From Prochlorococcus sp. AG-418-K17 (GTDB lineage Bacteria; Cyanobacteriota; Cyanobacteriia; PCC-6307; Cyanobiaceae), in assembly GCA_003214055.1 (NCBI GenBank), contig QCMD01000005.1, forward strand, positions 802 to 64,801: 64,000 nt of DNA. Reading direction: 5' to 3'. Numbering within the stretch: position 1 is the stretch's first letter; each line of letters begins with the position of its first letter. Below are positions 60,510-64,000 of this stretch, piece after piece. The notes beneath the pieces were generated by a model that did not search any database, was not told the origin of the DNA, and saw only the letters and a program-made list of their open reading frames with translations. Both the position numbers and the translations under genes were made by a program.

Positions 60510-62843
60510 GTGACTGTTGCACCAAATAAAGCTTCATCAGAGAGCAATTCCAATAATCTTAAAAAAGATGATTTTCCAAAGACAGCACCAGCTGCATATC
60601 CTGTTTTTTTCAGATCCTACAGTAGGAAAACTTCCTCTGGCAAAAGGGAGAACTGGAGTGAAGTAGGTGAAAGAAATTTATCTGGATTAAAAGAATTAGG
60701 AAAACTTTCTGATGAGGAGTTGATCTTAATGAGAGAGATGCAGAGTAACCAAAAAGCCCAACCTTCAGGCAGATGGTTATGGATTGGAGGAACTCCTTGG
60801 ATTAATAAGAACCAAAATTTCTCAGGAGCATATAATTGCACTTCAACAAATTTAATTGATTGGGAAGCTTTCGCTTTGATGATGGATTTAGCAATGATGG
60901 GATGTGGAACAGGTGCAATAATTGAGCCACATTTTATAAACAATCTCCCTACCGTAATAAACAAATTAAATATAAAATCCGTTAGTGAAGTTGGAATAAC
61001 TCCTAAAGATCAAAGAGAAGAAAAATCATCTTTAGAAATAAAAGGAAAAGATCTTCACATCAAAGTTGGAGATAGCAGAAGAGGCTGGGTAGACAGCTAT
61101 AAATATCTTCTTGAGGCATCAAGTAACGAAAGTCTTGATAGAGAAATTGATATTTACATTAATTTGGAAGATATTAGACCTGCTGGAGAATCATTAAAAG
61201 GGTTTGGTGGTATGGCAAATCCCATTAAATTAAAAGATCTCTACTCTAGAGTGGCATCACTTCTTGGAAAAGCAATTGGTCGGAAATTAAGTACCGTAGA
61301 GTGTTGTTTATTAATTGATGAAGCTGCAGTAACCATAGTTGCTGGCAATATAAGAAGAAGTGCCGGAATGAGACAGTTTGCCTCAGATGATAAGGAGGCG
61401 GCGTCGGCAAAAGAAAATCTATGGAGTCAAGATGAGAATGGTAATTGGAGAATAGATCCTGAAAAAGATGCCCTTAGAATGGCGAACCATACCAGGGTTT
61501 ACCATAAAAAACCCTCTTACCAAACTGTTTTGGATGCTGTCACGAAACAATTCCATTCAGGTGAGGGAGCTATTCAATTTGCTCCAGAAGCAATCGCTAG
61601 GTCAAATGCAGATATCCTTAAAGATGATGAACTGAGAAAGGAATTTATTGAAATTTACTCAGAACAAGGTAAAGGTGAAGCAAGAAATTGGATAAATACT
61701 AGTTATGGTCCATTTTCTAAAGAGGAACTAGATCACAGGATGAGTAGGTATGGACTTAACCCTTGTGGAGAGATTTTAGGAAATGATTTTCATTGCAATT
61801 TGGCTGAAGTTCATTTAAATCAGATTGATCCCAAAAATTTTGAAGAGCAGAAAAAGGCATTTAAAGCAGCTGCTCTTTCAGTGGCATGCCTACTTAATCA
61901 TGAATTTGAAGTTGAACGTTATAGAAAAAGTAGGGAATATGACCCTATTGTAGGTGTCAGTTTTACTGGATTATTTGATTTTTGCGTCCATGCCTTTGGG
62001 ACCCCATGGTTGAAATGGTGGGAAGCAGGAAGGCCGGATAGTGAAGAAGGGAAGGCTTTCAAAGAAAAGGAAGCTAAATTCTTAGACTCATGGAGAAGGA
62101 TCGTAAAAGAAACAGTCTGGGAATATTGTGATAAACATAATCTAAGAAGACCAAACCGATGCACTACTGTTCAGCCAGCTGGAACTAAGAGTCTTCTTAC
62201 AGGAGCGGCTCCAGGTTGGCATCCTCCAAAGGCTCAAAGATTCATTAGAAGAATAACTTTCAGGAAAAATGATCCCATAGCTCTAGCATGCATGGATTAT
62301 GGTTATTCAGTTGTTCCATCTCAATCTGATAAAGATGAAAATGGATGCTTGCTCGATAATCCATTTGACCCAAGATGTACAGAATGGTTAGTTGAAATTC
62401 CCACTGAAGTAAGCTGGGCAAATATAGATGGTGCAGACCAGATAGACATCAATAATTTCTCAGCACTAGCTCAATTTGATTTTTATATGCAAGTTCAGAA
62501 ATACTACACAGAGCATAATACCTCTGCAACTATAGAATTTAGAGAAAATGAAATTGAGGATTTAGCCAAGGCCATTCATAAAGCAATAGAAAATAATGAA
62601 GGATATATATCGGCGGCATTACTAGCCCGATTTAGTGCCAACGCTACATTTCCTAGATTACCTTTTGAACCAATTAGTAAAGAGGAGTATATATCATTGC
62701 AAAATAAAGTTATAGAGAGAAAAGTTAATAATGATTTCTTTGATGCTCTAAATAAATATGACATTGGAGAACTATCTGAAGCAGGCCCTGCAGGTTGTGA
62801 CTCGGATAAGTGCTTATTACCTCTAGCTAAACCGAAAAATTAA
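60510..62843 (+). CDS. nrdJ: Class II (adenosylcobalamin-dependent) ribonucleotide reductase
   Basis: PSGR.LW, YNC, NPCGE, CNLAE, TVQPAGT, C-terminal CDSDKC; GTG at 60510 preferred. Confidence 0.96.
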   Translation: MTVAPNKASSESNSNNLKKDDFPKTAPAAYPVFFRSYSRKTSSGKRENWSEVGERNLSGLKELGKLSDEELILMREMQSNQKAQPSGRWLWIGGTPWINKNQNFSGAYNCTSTNLIDWEAFALMMDLAMMGCGTGAIIEPHFINNLPTVINKLNIKSVSEVGITPKDQREEKSSLEIKGKDLHIKVGDSRRGWVDSYKYLLEASSNESLDREIDIYINLEDIRPAGESLKGFGGMANPIKLKDLYSRVASLLGKAIGRKLSTVECCLLIDEAAVTIVAGNIRRSAGMRQFASDDKEAASAKENLWSQDENGNWRIDPEKDALRMANHTRVYHKKPSYQTVLDAVTKQFHSGEGAIQFAPEAIARSNADILKDDELRKEFIEIYSEQGKGEARNWINTSYGPFSKEELDHRMSRYGLNPCGEILGNDFHCNLAEVHLNQIDPKNFEEQKKAFKAAALSVACLLNHEFEVERYRKSREYDPIVGVSFTGLFDFCVHAFGTPWLKWWEAGRPDSEEGKAFKEKEAKFLDSWRRIVKETVWEYCDKHNLRRPNRCTTVQPAGTKSLLTGAAPGWHPPKAQRFIRRITFRKNDPIALACMDYGYSVVPSQSDKDENGCLLDNPFDPRCTEWLVEIPTEVSWANIDGADQIDINNFSALAQFDFYMQVQKYYTEHNTSATIEFRENEIEDLAKAIHKAIENNEGYISAALLARFSANATFPRLPFEPISKEEYISLQNKVIERKVNNDFFDALNKYDIGELSEAGPAGCDSDKCLLPLAKPKN

Positions 62844-62931
62844 ATTTTAAAATTATTTGTAAATAAAAACATAAATAAGTTTTTAAAAATTAAATTTATG
62901 GCTACCTCTTTAGTAGCGACATAAATTATTT

Positions 62932-63189
62932 ATGACATTAAGCTTAAATATTGGGAACTTATTCAATGATTCCTATAGTCATGCCTTAGTAGATGAACTT
63001 AGAAAAAGGACCACAGAGAGGGAAATATTAGAATTTGAAGAGAAGTTTAATTCCAGAAATGAAAAACACCTACACACCTATATATGCAGATTTCTTAAAA
63101 ATAGATCTATCTCTAGAGGTTTGGCCTCTAAATGGCTATTAACAATGTTGGAAAATAAAGAATCAACAATTGAAGCTATAAAAAATTAA
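62932..63189 (+). CDS. Conserved hypothetical protein, 85 aa
   Basis: ORF with protein-like composition. Confidence 0.75.
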   Translation: MTLSLNIGNLFNDSYSHALVDELRKRTTEREILEFEEKFNSRNEKHLHTYICRFLKNRSISRGLASKWLLTMLENKESTIEAIKN

Positions 63190-63193
63190 ATAA

Positions 63194-63388
63194 TTAAGTC
63201 AGTGCTGAAAGTTTCCAAAGAGCAATTCCAAAAATCGAAAATCCCATTATAAAAGTAAACGCCAAAGCATTTACTAACTGAACTTTATCGTTCATTCTAT
63301 TTGCAAACGGTAGCAATTGAGCAAATAATGGAGTCTCTTCAACTATTGCAGATTTTTTTACAGTTGGTTTTTTGCCTCTAGAAAACAT
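63194..63388 (-). CDS. Small membrane protein, 64 aa
   Basis: C-terminal TM. Confidence 0.65.
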   Translation of the reverse strand: MFSRGKKPTVKKSAIVEETPLFAQLLPFANRMNDKVQLVNALAFTFIMGFSIFGIALWKLSALT

Positions 63389-63583
63389 AAAACAATTTTT
63401 ATAATCCTAAAAATTTTACATTTAAAAGTTGTTTAAATAAAAAATACTTCTTAAAAACGAACAAAATGTAACCTGTAAAAATTTTTATAATGTCTCGATT
63501 AATTTTAAATTTTCAAATAACTAATAAAAAGATTGAGATATTAAGTTAATTAAATAAAAACATAGACATCTTGCTTGCTAAAG

Positions 63584-63612
63584 TGTTAGTATAAAAATGT
63601 AGCAACCGCTAC
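63584..63612 (+). promoter_or_regulatory. Extended -10 promoter with an NtcA site over the start site (repressor position)
   Basis: TGt-TAGTAT 63584-92; GTA-gcaaccgc-TAC 63599-63612. Confidence 0.7.
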
Positions 63613-63693
63613 CAAAACGTTCAACTTGCATGAAGCAAGCTGCAAATCGACTTAAGCCATGGAACGGGGACTTAAGCGAAACCGGAGCTAAAA

Positions 63694-63795
63694 ATGACTC
63701 TAATCTACAGAGGACAAAAGTACGTCCAGAACAAAGAAGTTGCTAAGAAGCAACATAATGAACTCACTTATAGAGGAAAGGCTTACACAAGCTAG
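63694..63795 (+). CDS. DUF4278 peptide, 33 aa (IF17 N-terminus-like YRG motifs)
   Basis: MTLIYRGQKYVQNKEVAKKQHNELTYRGKAYTS; GGAG SD upstream. Confidence 0.88.
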   Translation: MTLIYRGQKYVQNKEVAKKQHNELTYRGKAYTS

Positions 63796-63804
63796 TTCAT
63801 TAAT

Positions 63805-63838
63805 AAAAAAAGCCACTTTAAAATAAGTGGCTTTTTTT
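63805..63838. terminator. Bidirectional intrinsic terminator of Yfr6
   Basis: AAAAAAAGCCACTT-taaaat-AAGTGGCTTTTTTT. Confidence 0.9.
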
Positions 63839-64000
63839 ATTGGACAATTGCTAATTAAGATAATGATAATTCCTAACATTCTTTAACTATGTCTTTGAGA
63901 ATGAAAAAGGAAATTGTAACCTCATAGATTTACCAAGTATCTTTTTAACTCCTAAGACAAATAACAAAGTTAGATCAACAGAAAAAATTACTTAATCTTT

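Larger units (their letters stand above)
63599..63838 (+). ncRNA. yfr6: Yfr6 transcript: Downstream-peptide / glutamine-II riboswitch (about 63618-63677) plus peptide ORF
   Basis: CGTTCA...GGAACGGGG motif ahead of a YRG-repeat peptide; synteny after nrdJ. Confidence 0.85.

Noticed and set aside
710-62764. Numerous 60-160 aa ORFs antisense to or nested in long genes (e.g. 1577, 6314, 12591, 39487, 60617)
   Set aside because: Shadow frames of well-supported genes, with no motifs
60435-62843. Intein or intron in nrdJ, or an upstream cobalamin riboswitch
   Set aside because: Length fits the uninterrupted monomeric enzyme; the short AT-rich leader has no B12-box
62899-62920. GCTAC-N7-GTAGC palindrome upstream of ORF 62932
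   Set aside because: Orientation is opposite to NtcA, and the 5-bp arms are too short to assign

Overview
AT-rich chromosomal segment of a marine picocyanobacterium. Gene content and order point to high-light-adapted Prochlorococcus (inference). Layout: (1) 1-9.3 kb, conserved hypotheticals and the four-gene exonuclease / ATP-dependent ligase / Lhr-core helicase / metallophosphoesterase DNA-repair cluster. (2) 10.5-24.8 kb, the flexible phosphate-acquisition cluster: pstCAB, arsR divergent from gap-arsJ-chrA, pstS, porin, PhoA-like phosphatase and phoBR. (3) About 26.5-38.8 kb, a genomic-island-like stretch of small ORFs and microproteins with an HLIP, two LexA-boxed DUF1651 genes, a truncated NAD-ligase, several candidate small RNAs and a dense DnaA-box cluster. 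(4) 38.8-64 kb, core genome: 6S RNA, purK, aroB, nadA, ctpA, ispG, phnDCE-like, rsmE, hslO, prfC and nrdJ, ending in Yfr6 (glutamine-II riboswitch plus DUF4278 peptide). No tRNA, rRNA, integrase, transposase or CRISPR array was seen. Best lead (hypothesis): a roughly 85-nt two-hairpin RNA at 9814-9900 (-) behind a perfect NtcA box. Its loop region is complementary to 9 nt of the glutamine riboswitch of Yfr6/DUF4278, which itself carries an NtcA box over its transcription start. This would be an NsiR4-like nitrogen circuit acting on a riboswitch in trans.
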